A DNA stretch of 64,000 nt from the human T2T-CHM13v2.0 reference genome, Homo sapiens: NCBI RefSeq assembly GCF_009914755.1, contig NC_060947.1. One strand, 5' to 3'. A program made the translations under genes and the position numbers. How positions within the stretch are numbered: position 1 is the first letter of the stretch; each line of letters opens with the position of its first letter. Below, piece after piece: positions 1 to 15,278 of the stretch. The notes beneath the pieces are model-generated. The model was not told the origin of the DNA. It made no database searches and was given only the letters and a program-made list of their open reading frames with translations.

Positions 1-3135
<3,135 letters not shown>

Positions 3136-3183
3136 TTATTTTGCTCGTTAGTTGATGCAGTTTCTTCCTAGTCTCGATGGTCT

Positions 3184-4201
3184 TTACATTTTGGCATGAT
3201 TTTGCAGCGGCTGGTACCGGTTGTTGCTTTCCATATTTAGCACTTCCTTCAGGAGCTCTTTTAGGGCAGGCCTGGTGGTGACAAAATCTCTCAGCATTTG
3301 CTTGTCTGTAAAGTATTTTATTTCTCCTTCGCTTATGAAGCTTAGTTTGGCTGGATATGAAATTCTGAGTTGAAAATTCTTTTCTTTAAGAATGTTGAAT
3401 ATTGGCCCCCACTCTCTTCTGGCTTGTAGGGTTTCTGCTGAGAGATCCGCTGTTAGTCTGATGGGCTTCCCTTTGAGGGTAACCCGACCTTTCTCTCTGG
3501 CTGCCCTTAACATTTTTTCCTTCATTTCAACTTTGGTGAATCTGACAATTATGTGTCTTGGAGTTGCTCTTCTTGAGGAGTATCTTTGTGGCGTTCTCTG
3601 TATTTCCTGAATCTGAACATTGGCCTGCCTTGCTAGATTGGGGAAGTTCTCCTGGATAATATCCTGCAGCGTGTTTTCCAACTTGGTTCCATTCTCCCCA
3701 TCACTTTCAGGTACACCAATCAGACGTAGATTTGGTCTTTTCACATAGTCCCATATTTCTTGGAGGCTTTGCTCATTTCTTTTTATTCTTTTTTCTGTAA
3801 ACTTCCCTTCTTGCTTCATTTCATTCATTTCATCTTCCATTGCTGATACCCTTTCTTCCAGTTGATTGCATCGGCTCCTGAGGCTTCTGCATTCTTCTCG
3901 TAGTTCTCGAGCCTTGGTTTTCAGCTCCATCAGCTCCTTTAAGCACTTCTCTGTGTTGGTTATTGTAGTTATACATTCTTCTAAATTTTTTTTCAAAGTT
4001 TTCAACTTCTTTGCCTTTGGTTTGAATGTCCTCCCGTAGCTCAGAGTAATTTGATCGTCTGAAGCCTCCTTCTCTCAGCTCGTCAAAGTCATTGTCCATC
4101 CAGCTTTGTTCCGTTGCTGGTGAGGAACTGCGTTCCTTTGGAGGAGGAGAGGCGCTTTGCTTTTTAGAGTTTCCAGTTTTTCTGTTCTGTTTTTTCCCCA
4201 T
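3184..4201 (-). pseudogene. L1 ORF1p, frameshifted
   Basis: The N-terminus MGKKQNRKTGNSK (ORF 3830-4201) and the C-terminal part ...YQPLQNHAKM (ORF 3184-4005) are in different frames. The switch is at an 8-A run near 3986-3993. Confidence 0.95.
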
Positions 4202-4499
4202 CTTTGTGGTTTTATCTACTTTTGATCTTTGATGATGGTGATGTACAGATGGGTTTTTGGTGTGGATGTCCTTTCTGTTTGTTAGTTTTCCTTCTAATAG
4301 ACAGGACCCTCAGCTTCAGGTCTGTTGGAATACCCTGCCGTGTTAGGTGTCAATGTGCCCCTGCTGGGGGGTGCCTCCCAGTTAGGTTGCTCGGGGGTCA
4401 GGGGTCAGGGACCCACTTCAGGAGGCAGTCTGCCCGTTCTCAGATCTCCAGCTGCGTGCTGGGAGAACCACTGCTCTCTTCAAAGCTGTCAGACAGGGA

Positions 4500-4860
4500 C
4501 ATTTAAGTCTGCAGAGGTTACTGCTGTCTTTTTGTTTGTCTGTGCCCTGTGCCCAGAGGTGGAGCCTACAGAGGCAGGCAGGCCTCCTTGAGCTGTAGTG
4601 GGCTCCACCCAGTTCGAGCTTCCCGGCTGCTTTGTTTACCTAATCAAGCCTGGGCAATGGCGGGCGCCCCGCCCCCAGCCTCGCTGCCGCCTTGCAGTTT
4701 GATCTCAGACTGCTGTGCTAGCAATCAGCGAGACTCCGAGACTCCGTGGGCGTAGGACCCTCTGAGCCAGGGGCGGGATATAGTCTCGTGGTGCTCCGTG
4801 TTTTAAGCCCGTTGGAAAAGCGCAGTATTCGGGTGGGAGTGACCCAATTTTCCAGGTGCC
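4500..4860 (+). promoter_or_regulatory. L1 antisense promoter / ORF0 region; ORF0 (ATG 4657) truncated to 32 aa
   Basis: MAGAPPPASLPPCSLISDCCASNQRDS matches L1 ORF0. An 8-bp duplication at 4730-4745 shifts the frame to a stop at 4753-4755. Confidence 0.8.
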
Positions 4861-5436
4861 GTCCATCACCCCTTTCTTTGACTAGGAAAGGGAACTCCCT
4901 GACCCCTTGCGCTTCCCGAGTGAGGCAATGCCTCGCCCTGCTTCGGCTCGCGCACGGTGCGTGCACCCACTGACCTGCGCCCACTGTCTGGCACTCCCTA
5001 GTGAGATGAACCTGGTACCTTAGATGGAAATGCAGAAATCACCGGTCTTCTGCGTCGCTCACGCTGGGAGCTATAGACCAGAGCTGTTCCTATTCGGCCA
5101 TCTTGGCTCTTTGCTAAAATCTTAAATCATGAATAGAAGCTGTACAAATAAAGTTTATATTGGCATCAACTGAAATGAGCATATGATTTCCACCCTTTTG
5201 TTGGTTATTGTAACAAATTGCATTGATTTATTTGCTAATGTTCAAGCAGCCTTGCATTCCTAGGATAATGCCAACTTTGTTATTAGTTCTGTATTTTGTT
5301 AATATTTCATTAAGGATTTTTACATCCACCCCATTCTGTCCTTGTGTTTTGCTGCCTAGGTTATACCAGGATTAGATAATAAGTTGGGGTTTCCTCCCTT
5401 TTCTATTATCTGGAGAAGTTTAAGATTAAGAGCTAC

Positions 5437-5746
<310 letters not shown>

Positions 5747-6348
5747 CTACTTCTTTCTTAATTGTTTGGTTGAACTAATCAATAAAGCCATGTACATCTG
5801 GGATTTTCTTTATTGGAAGGTTTTTATGCATTAAATTCATTTTGTGCTCTTCTCCACCAAGCTTTTCTATTCTTTATCATGTAATTTTGATAAGTTGTCT
5901 TTATATAGGGATTGTCAATTTTATCTAAATTTTCTTTTGAGTAATATAAAATATTTATAATGTCAACTTATCATTTTAGTATCTATATGAGTTTTTCAGT
6001 CCTGACTTTGATAATTTATCTGTCTCTTATTTTTCAAGATTAGACTAACCAGAAGTTTATCAATTTTATTAGCCTTTTAAATAAAATCAAGTTTTGGCTT
6101 TGTTAATCCTCTGTAATATATATTTGTTTTCTATTTCAATATTTTTCTTTTTTATTATTTTTGTCTACTTTCATTGGATTTATCTTGCTATTCTTTTTCT
6201 AACATACTAAAGTGAATATTTAGCTCATTAATATTAATGTTGTTTTATGCATTTTAAGGCTATACAATCCCCTCTAAGCACTACATTTGTTGCATCTCTC
6301 ATGTTTTGATATGTAATATTTTTTTCATACAGTTCAAAATAATTTCTA

Positions 6349-7120
6349 CCAGAGTAAAAAGTTATTTGAGAACAGGATGTTCACATCATCTCCAACTATC
6401 ACACTACAGATTACTTATTAATTACAAAGTGAGAAAAGTACCTTGTGGCTCCTTGATATTTCACCTAACCTAGTGATCAAACTTGGCATCATCAAAAATG
6501 GGATAAACAAATTCTATGTCTCCTGATGTGAGGCAGTGGGAAGCATACAGCATTAACTATGTAGTTTTCTCACCAAAAATGTTTAAGCTAAACCTGATAA
6601 TGAGGAAACAATCAGACATGGGGTATTCTATAAGAAAATCAGCATGGACTCTTCAAAAATGTTGATGTCATGAGAGACCATAAAATAAAACAAAGAAAAG
6701 AGGATTATTCTAGATGAAAGGAGCTAAAGAGCCATAACAACAGAAAATAATGCATGATCTTTAATTGGTCCTGAATACAAAAACAAACAAACACAGCTAT
6801 AAATAATATTATTGGAACAATTGAAGAAATTTGAAAATATTCTGCAGTAAATAGTATTATAGCAATTCTAATTTTCTTGGGGCAGTAAGGATATTGTGGT
6901 TATATAGGGGAGCATCTTTATTTTTATAGAATATATAGTAAAGTAACATGGTGTCTGCAATTTTTTTAAACAGGCCATACACACACATATAGAAAGAAAG
7001 AAAAATAGTGTGGCAAAATGCTAACAACTCATGATTCTAAGTGAAGTGTATTCAAGTGTTTTTGTATTACTTCAAATTCTCTATGATTTTGAAATTTTTC
7101 AAAATAAGAAGTTGGGAAAA
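6349..7120 (+). mobile_element. L1MC/L1ME-type 3' end fragment, opposite in orientation to the host L1M
   Basis: Strand composition switches to A-rich. Contains L1M 3'UTR motifs (aaacctgataatgaggaaacaatcagac; ttgaaatttttcaaaataa). Confidence 0.6.
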
Positions 7121-9325
7121 TATTTTGTAAATTTTAGTGTAATTTCTTTTTTGAACCCATGAGTTACTTAGAAGGGAATCTCAATCTTTACAGATTTCTG
7201 ATCACTTTTTGTTATTTATTTTTAAAATATTTTCCTTTCAATCTGAGAACATATTTTTCAAGACTTTAATTTTTTGAAATTGGTTGAAACTTGTTTTGTG
7301 GCCCAGTATATAGTCAATTTTTGTAAATGTTCAATGTGTACTAGGAAATAAAAGTGTATTTTGCAGGTGTTGGATGGAGTATTCTATAGATGCCCATTAG
7401 ATCAAATTTGTTAGCTATTTTGTTCAGTTCTGTATTTTTACTGATTCTTGTCTGGTAACTGTCAGTTATTGGGAGAGGGATGTTATAATTTCTCACTATG
7501 ATTGTGGAAATTACCTATTTCTCCTTGTGGTGTTGTTAATTTTGCTGTATGTATTTTGAAGCCATGCAATTTGCATATCAACTTAAAAGTTATTATATCA
7601 TCCTGGTAAATTTTATCTGTATTATTACAAGGAATGTTGACTTTAAAGTCCATTTAGTCTGATATGGATGAAGCTATGCCTGAATTCTTTTTGTTTGTGT
7701 TTGGATGGTATATATCTTACCATCATTTTACTTTCAATTGTTCCATTTTCTTTTGTTTCTGATGATTTCTTATAAGCAGCATTTAGTTGGATTTTTTGTT
7801 TTTAATCTATTTATTTCAACCTATCTATATCTAAGTATATTTAAATAAAATTTCTAAATCCAAAAGATATTACTGTTTTATACAAAGTTCATTTACATGT
7901 AGCCACATATTTATCATTTTCATAGTTCTCTTTTTCTGCCTTTTTAACATTTGATCTTGTTTCATTTTCTTTTTTCCTTCTGCCTAAAGAGCTTCATTTA
8001 ATGCTTTTTAGCATTCTTTAGCATTGATTTGCTCATAGATAACTCTCAATTTTTGCCTGAAATAATATTTATTTTGCATGTTTTATTGAAGAATATTCTC
8101 ACCAGATATGGAATTCTAAGTTGTCAGTCATTTATTTTCAGTACATTGGATATATTAATCATCTGTTTTCTGCTTTCTACTCTTGTTGTTGAAAAGTCAG
8201 CTGTCAGTCTCACTACTGTTTCTTTTAAAAGTATCTGTCTTTTTCTCTGATTTCCTTTAAAAGTTGGTCTTTGCCTTTAGTTTTCTGCAATTTAACTATG
8301 ATCTGTCTAGGCTGGATTTTATACATAAAATCGTCTGTTTTTCTGTCTTCTCTCCTTTGGGAATTCCAATAAACATAATGTGGACCTTCTCATTCTGTCC
8401 TTTGTAATCTCACTCTTCTATAGTTTCCTCCCTTTGGTCTCCCCCTGTCTTAATCTGGATAATTTCTTGTGATCCTTCTTCCCATCCACTGATTCTCTCC
8501 TCAGCTGCTGATAAAGCTGTCAATTGAGTTGTTAATTTTGATCATTTTATTTTTCAGCTCTAAAATTTGTATTTTCTCTTTGAAGTTGGCTTTGTCATGT
8601 TTCATATTGTCTCTTTCTTGCTGAAATTTTCATGCTTGGCTTTTATGTTCTTCAATATAATAAGTGGTAATTTTACAGTTTGTATCTAACAATTCTATAT
8701 ATGTCACCCATCTGTTACTTTTTTCTATCATCCGCTGTTTTCAATTACCCTTAGCCATGCTATCTTGTTTCCTCATGTCCCTGGTTATATTTTATTGTGT
8801 GCTGGATATTGTATATAAAAGATTATTTGTATCAATTATTTGTTACCTAGGATGATGCTACTTTCTTCTGGAAAAGATTTGCTTTTGCTTTTGCTGGATC
8901 CTGGAGGTGAGAGCAGTCTAGTATCACCTTTACTCAAAGTCAAAGGTTGGGATTTTTAGAGCCCCCGGATGATGGCAAAACCAAGCAGCAAATCCTGTAA
9001 AGGCTCATTTACTTCCTTTTCATTCTTCCTCAAAGGGTGCAGACTTCAAGATCTCAGTGAAAAGAGAGGTGCTTTACCTGGGTTCCCACATTTTGTGGGC
9101 CAGATTTTAACTTTTATCCTCTAGTCCCATGAAGCTGTCGAAAGTGCATCTCAGTGGTCTCCCTTCCAAATCAGAAAAAGCCCCTAGGACAGAAGTTGCT
9201 CTGAGAGCTTTTCTTAACTTTTAAGGTTACTGTCCTTTTCTGGATCTTAGTCTGATTGTTGCTCACCATCTCATAGCTCCTAGATGATTTTTAAGATGTT
9301 TCATATATTTTGTGCAGGTGAGTAA

Positions 9326-10315
9326 TGTAATTGTCTCTCTGCTCCAAACCCATCTGTTATAGACTGAGTTGTGTCCAAGCCCCCTCCACCCTCCACCCGC
9401 ACAACCACACACACACAAATTCCCATGTTGAAGCCTTAGCCCCCAATGTGATTGTATTTGGAGACAGGGCCTGTAAAGAGGGAATTAAGGTTAAATGAGG
9501 TGATAAGAGTGGTACCCTAATCCAACAGGACTCATGTCCTTATAAGAAGAAGAGTCTCTAGGGATGTGCATACACAGAGGAAAGGCCATGAGAGGACACA
9601 AAAGGAAATCAGCTGCAAGCCAGAGAGAAAGGTCTCAGAAGAAACCAAGCTGACTGACACTTTGATCTTGGACTTCCAGCCTCCAGGATTGTGAGAAATA
9701 AATTTCTGTTGCTTAACCCACCCAGTCTGTGGTATTTTGTTATAGCAAGACTGATACAACACTCTTCTATAATACTCCATCCTGTGATGTTGGGTCAGGA
9801 ACTGTGCAAACCCATTTTTTCTTTCCAAGCTGGCTACCTAGGGGGCACTAGAGGAGATTGGAAGGCGGGAGATGGAGGAAAGGACGTTCTCCTTCCTGTC
9901 TGCTCCGTGTTCCTGTGAGCATCACACCAGAAGTATGGCTCCTTGACAGTGGCAGTTAAATCTAGTTTGCAATTTTCTAACACCTTCATTGCCACCCTTC
10001 CCCACCACCACTCCCCCATGAGATACCAGCACCACTGGTTGATGTCACTTCCTGAGAGGTCTGGGTCTCAGCCCAGTGGGACCCTCCTCCAAGCTTCTAA
10101 GTTTTTATAATTCCTGTATGTCTTTCCTTTGCTTCCCAGCCCCAGGAGTTGTAGCGGCCTGCAGCAGATGTTACCTTTGTAATAACTTAGTGTTCTCGTT
10201 TTGCGTTTTCCATTACCTGGTTAATAACTTCATACCTAGTTGACAATTCTTTATGTTAAATTATCTTCATTAAAATGGGTGATTTCTGTCTCTTCATTAG
10301 ATTTTCATTGATTCA
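9326..10315 (+). mobile_element. ERVL solo LTR, LTR33-like, interrupted by an MLT1
   Basis: tgtgatgttggg...tgcaaaccc...agggggcactagaggagattggaaggc resembles LTR33. Confidence 0.6.
9355..9758 (+). mobile_element. MaLR solo LTR, MLT1A/B-like
   Basis: TG...CA termini; gtaaagagggaattaaggttaaatgagg, gacttccagcctccag, aataaatttctgttg, gtattttgttatagca. Confidence 0.85.
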
Positions 10316-10959
10316 TATTTCGTTAGTGTTTTATGTGTCTTCTGTGAGAGTGTTGGTCAAAATTGATGTTCTCCCATTAGCAAAATTAGAAGCTCCTGCC
10401 AAATGTTATTATTATGTTATTCAAACAATGGTTGCATTCGTTGCATCATCACTAAGGCCAAACCATGTAGTTTTTGCCCCAAGATAGATGATGGGGAAGT
10501 CCTATTTTTAAATGTGTCATTATCCTCTTTCATGGGGGGCGGATCTTTCAGCTTTGTTAGGAGAGATGTACACCTCTGGTCTCATATTGGGCTGTTCCCC
10601 TTTCAGACTGGACACAATGAAAGGTGGCCTGGCCTGCAGTTTAAAGGTTTGTGAAGAGCAGCTGATATGGTCACTCAATTTGAGACATCACCAGCACACA
10701 TCATTACTGCATTTTGACTCAGGCTGAAGATGGCTTACTAACCACCTTGGCTTTTTAGACTTACAATGATGTGTCTGAAAAGGATCTTGCCTATCATCTG
10801 GTCCAATGCCCTCCATTCCTAAGTGAAGAAACTCAATCTGGAGGTCCTATGGCCTAATTAATACAAATCAGGAGTAGGACCCAGAATTGCTGACACTATT
10901 CCAGTTCTCCTTTCCTTCTTGGCTTTAGTTTCTTATGTGCCCACATGCCCATCCACCTC

Positions 10960-11415
10960 CGGCCTATCTTATGCTTTGTCTTCTGCTGTCCACCTTTCTA
11001 GTCCCCTTGTCTCCCTCAACCCTAATGCATACTGTGCTTCAGCTAAGCATCATCATTCATTCTTCCCTGAGCACAACACTGATGGTCTTTCTTCTGGACC
11101 TTTGTTCCCACTGTTTCCTCTGCCTAAGATTCCCTTCCCCCTAATCAAACTGTTAAAATCCCCACCCATCTTCAGGGTCAGTGTAAATGCAATCTCTGTC
11201 ATGCATCTTTCCCTGGAATACAAAGCTGGAAATAATTTCTCCATCCTCTGTGTTGCTATGACACTCCGTATTTCTGTTGGAACATCCATTAGTTGTACCT
11301 TTTTTATAGTTGTTTATTCTCATTTTTTCTCTATAAAATTATCATCCACCTGCATGCAGAGATTCTTTCATCTTTGACCCTCCTCAGTGCCTATCACAGA
11401 AGCTTCCATAGAGTA
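10960..11415 (+). mobile_element. L2 3' fragment
   Basis: Degenerate L2 motifs (ctgtttcctctgcct...; cagtgcctatcacagaag). Confidence 0.5.
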
Positions 11416-11625
11416 ATAATAATAATTGCTATTAAGCCCCATGTTTAAAGTTTTACGTGGATTCTCCCAATAACCCTATGAAGTCAATGCCATTATTAGT
11501 CTCATTTTACACATGAAGAACCTGAGACACAGAGAGATTAAGAAACTTGCCTAAGATAACACAACTGGGGATTCTGTCTCAGGGCTGCTAATGCCAAAGT
11601 TCAAGCTCTTATCTACAGTGCTGCA
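11416..11625 (-). mobile_element. MIR
   Basis: Core cattttacacatgaagaacctgagacacagagag...aacttgcctaag. Confidence 0.8.
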
Positions 11626-12454
11626 CTTCCTTCTAAGGACTATGTGGGGACCTGAATCTATTTTATTGTTATTAAACACTGAAAAGATAATTTGTACTTG
11701 GAAAGTATTAAATACTTGAATCTATAAAATTAGTTGTTCTCCAAGTGAGGAAGAAAAAACGAAAACACTAAATAAAGGTTAAGATCCCTCAAATTTTTCT
11801 CAGTAAAAAGTGAAATGCACTTCAAATTATTTAAAATTTCTGATCTCCTCTCTCTATTTCGAGAGTAAAGTGTAAGTCCTCTCCCAGAAAAGAATGATTT
11901 TATAAAGTGTAATGTGGTTTATGAAACCTTTAAAATGTATGGAAGGAAAGAGAACAACACGAGTCATTATTATTAGTTGGCTTAAATGTTATGAGAACTC
12001 TTGTGGGTGAATAAGGGCTGGCATCACTTCAGGAGTCTGCCATTCTTGGATGGGTGTGGGATTATTGTGCTTTATTTTTATCACCTCAAGTGGGACAAAA
12101 CTAACTACAGCAGTGTCAGTTCTGTAGGATACTAGATATTAGTATAGGGCTCATTTTCCTTACTGAACCCCCAAACCACTTGGTAGTTGAGGGGATTTTA
12201 AATGCAAGGATACATAACCAACCATTCCTCAGAACAAGGCCTTCTAAAACATTTGGACCTGAAAAGAAACCCAAGGAGTTAGGTCACAGTTGGCCGGAGT
12301 TACTATTATATTTTACTTGGAGGAACTACAACAAGGAAGTGATGGGTTAGCAGCAAGGTGGGACACAGTTTCGTGTTTACCTGAGAGGCTGCGTGGTGAA
12401 GTGTTCAAGCCTAAGGAAGCTTTGACAGCGGACAGACAGACCCCAGACCGCCCA

Positions 12455-12590
12455 TCTGGGCCTGCCATTTAATAGCTCAGTGACATCGGCTAAGTTACCT
12501 AGACTGTAAGCTGCACTTTCATCCTGAGTCAAATGGGGATAATGATACTCATCTTAAAAGGTTGTTATGATGACTTAATAGCACAGTGTG
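12455..12590 (+). mobile_element. MIR
   Basis: gtgacatcggctaagttacc...aaatggggataatgatac core. Confidence 0.65.
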
Positions 12591-12627
12591 GCTTCCCAGA
12601 CCTGAGTAATTCCTATATTACCATATC

Positions 12628-13080
12628 TGTCAGGGTAATTTTGAGGAAAATTTAGGAAAGGGATCTGTTAAAAAAGTGTGGGCAGGGCTCAAGGGAACCA
12701 GCTGAGGGACAGTGCAGGACCCAAGGTTAGCAATTGCGGGGAGCTATTATCATGCCAGGCCTGAAGGGGGCAAGAGGAGAAAACACACACAGGACTGGGG
12801 AGCTGTTTAGAGAAGGCTTCAGGACAATGGCCATCAATGAAGGGCCCAGTCAGCCTGCAACGGTCCAGCTGGAGAGGAAGGAGGGAACCGAGCATGTACC
12901 TCAGCCTCACTCTCCGCCTACCTGCCATCTCCTGCTGGGGCCTCCCATTGGCTGAGGCCAGCAAAATGCCAGAAGCAAGGGAGTTGATGATATGGTCCAT
13001 GTCAGTTAGCTTCCTGGTAGAGGACAGAGGGAAGGAGGCAGACAGAGGTGGGTGCAGAGGGGCAAATGGAACCTATCACT
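12628..13080. mobile_element. Old ERVL/MaLR-type LTR fragment
   Basis: LTR-like motifs (gggcctcccattggctga; ggcctgaaggggg). Family uncertain. Confidence 0.4.
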
Positions 13081-13947
13081 CCACTGCCTTGATTAATGTT
13101 TGCTCATTTCCCTTTTAAAATAAAATTTCCTTTTATTAACTGAAATAAATTTGCTTTCTAAAAGAGACTTCTTAAACCTCATCCTAAGCAATGATATCCA
13201 TGAAATCATAGGTTGGATGTGCTAGTTTTTTTCCTTATAATATAGAGTAAAATCAATATTAAAATGGAAAGTGTGCACATATGTACTACATTTTGGGAAG
13301 TTTGGTCTCAGTTCAGAGCTTGGAACATAGTAAATACTCAAGACAGTGGTCATTTCTGTTGCCGGAAATTGCAGATGAACATGCAGAGGAACACATTGTG
13401 CATATTCAAGCTAACTTTAAAAAACGTATGTTACTATTACTAACATGATGTTTTCCCAATGCATTTTCTAACTATATATTGCTAATTTATAGAAAAACAT
13501 GATATAAGTGAGTTTTGTGTATTTTTAAAATAACTGGTCCATCTTAATAAATTTGATTATTTGGTCCATTGATTTTCCATTAGATTCTTTTGGTTTCTCC
13601 AGCCAAACAAGCACATCATTTGGGAATGCTGATAAGTTTTTCCTCTTATTGCTGTTTAATGATGTCTTATCATAGTAGCTAGAACCTATAGGGCAATGTT
13701 GAACAACAATGGAACAACAATGGTGGTATCTGGAATTCTTTGTTTCTTCCTTACTTCAGTGGAAATGCTTCTAGCTTTTTGTTGTTTGATGTTTTTAGTA
13801 ACATTAAACATGATGTTGGCTATTGGCTTATGAAAGATATTTTTTATCTTGTTAAGGCAGTGTTTTTATATTTCTGGTTGATGAAGAATTATTATCAGAA
13901 CGGGCATTGTGTTTTACCAAATACTTTCTTTTTTCTTCTTTCTAAAT

Positions 13948-14299
13948 ATTTTTTATTTCAATAGCTGTTGGGGTACAAAAGGTTTTTGGTTACGTGGATG
14001 AATTTTATAGTGGTGAATTCTGAGATTTTAGTGCACCCGTCACTCAAGTAGTGTACATTGTACCCAATATGTAGTATTTTTTATCCCTCACCTCCCCCTT
14101 CTGAGTCTCCAAGGCCCATTATATCATTCTGTATGCCTTTGCGTACTCATGGCTTAGCTCCCACTTATAAGTGAGAACATACAATTTTTGGTTTTACATT
14201 CCTGAGTTATTTCACTTAGAATATTGGCCTCCAGCTCCATCCAAGTTGCTGCAAAAGACATTATTTCATTCATTTTTAGGGCTGAGTAGTATTCCATGG

Positions 14300-14301
<2 letters not shown>
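13948..14301 (-). mobile_element. L1PB-type 3' end
   Basis: ttttatttcaatagc..ggggtacaa..gtacattgtacccaat..ctcccacttataagtgagaacat..ctccatccaagttgctgcaaaagac. Confidence 0.85.

Positions 14302-14344
<43 letters not shown>
14302..14344. repeat. (AT)21 microsatellite
   Basis: Uninterrupted alternating AT. Confidence 0.97.
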
Positions 14345-14346
<2 letters not shown>

Positions 14347-14349
14347 ACC

Positions 14350-14480
14350 TATCAATAGTAGGTCTTATTCATTCTTTCTATTTTCTTTTGTACCCAGTAA
14401 CCATCCCCACCTCCCCCTCAACCCCCCACTACCCTTTCCAGCCTCTGGTAACCATTCTTCTACTCTCTATGTCCCATGTT
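14350..14480 (-). mobile_element. L1MA-type 3'UTR fragment
   Basis: taggtcttattcattct...ccagcctctggtaaccattcttctactctcta. Confidence 0.7.
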
Positions 14481-14526
14481 CAGGATTTTGAGGAACTAAA
14501 CATGTACATAAAATTCAAGTACATAG

Positions 14527-14637
14527 TTTTCTGTGGTTCATAAGCATGATGATTGGGTTTTCATGCTTATGTGTGAGATGTGCCTCCCTCAAACCTTGTT
14601 ACGACATTGGCACATTACCCATCTGATGTGAAAAAAA
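14527..14637 (+). pseudogene. U13 (SNORD13-like) box C/D snoRNA retrocopy
   Basis: Closely resembles U13 (GTTCATGAGCGTGATGATTGGG...GTGTGAGATGTGCC...ACCTTGTTACGAC..GGCACATTACCC.TCTGA). Box C ATGATGA at 14546-14552, box D CTGA at 14623-14626, A7 tail at 14631-14637. Confidence 0.9.
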
Positions 14638-15142
14638 TTACATACTATTTACTCTGATGAAGAATAAGGATGTAAGAGCCTATTAGTAAAATTGTATGTT
14701 GTGTGTAGAATAACGTTTAAAATAATGTTATATGACAAATAACTGTAGTTGCAGGTTCTCAATAAAATAGAAACATCCTTCACTGGTATGCAGGCTATTG
14801 AGTCACTATTTTACCTCCAGCACTTTAGTAGTTTCTCAAAGAATGAAGGGACCGAAAGTTAGAAGATTCTGTCTCAGCTGTTCTTGCCCTTTCAGAATAG
14901 AATTCCAGGCAGAGATTAATTTGGGCCTTGAAAATCTTTCTACTTTTTTTCTACTTCAGAATCAGACTTTTCTTTTTCTGTACCTACTTAGAGTAGGTAA
15001 GTTTATCCTAGTATGAGCAAAGACAACTAAGTAAGTAAGTAACAAACCAAAATGTAGCATAAAGGAGTTGCATGTATGTGTGTGATGCACACATATGCAT
15101 GGAAGGGATGTACTTTACATTTGTTTTTTGTTGTTGTTGTCA

Positions 15143-15278
15143 TTTTTTTTTTAATTTTAGTAGAGACGAGGTCTCACTATGTTGCCCAGGTTGGTCTTGA
15201 ACTCCTTGGCTTAAGCGATCCTCCTGCATAGGCCTCCCAAAATGCTAGGACTGCAGACATGAGCCACCATGCCTGGCC
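15143..15278 (-). mobile_element. Alu left monomer (FLAM-like)
   Basis: Poly-T, then agagacgaggtctcactatgttgcccagg...gagccaccatgcctggcc; one arm only. Confidence 0.88.

Noticed and set aside
9836-9850. CTCF-like TACCTAGGGGGCAC in the LTR33
   Set aside because: Three mismatches at the 5' CCA of the core; part of the LTR consensus.
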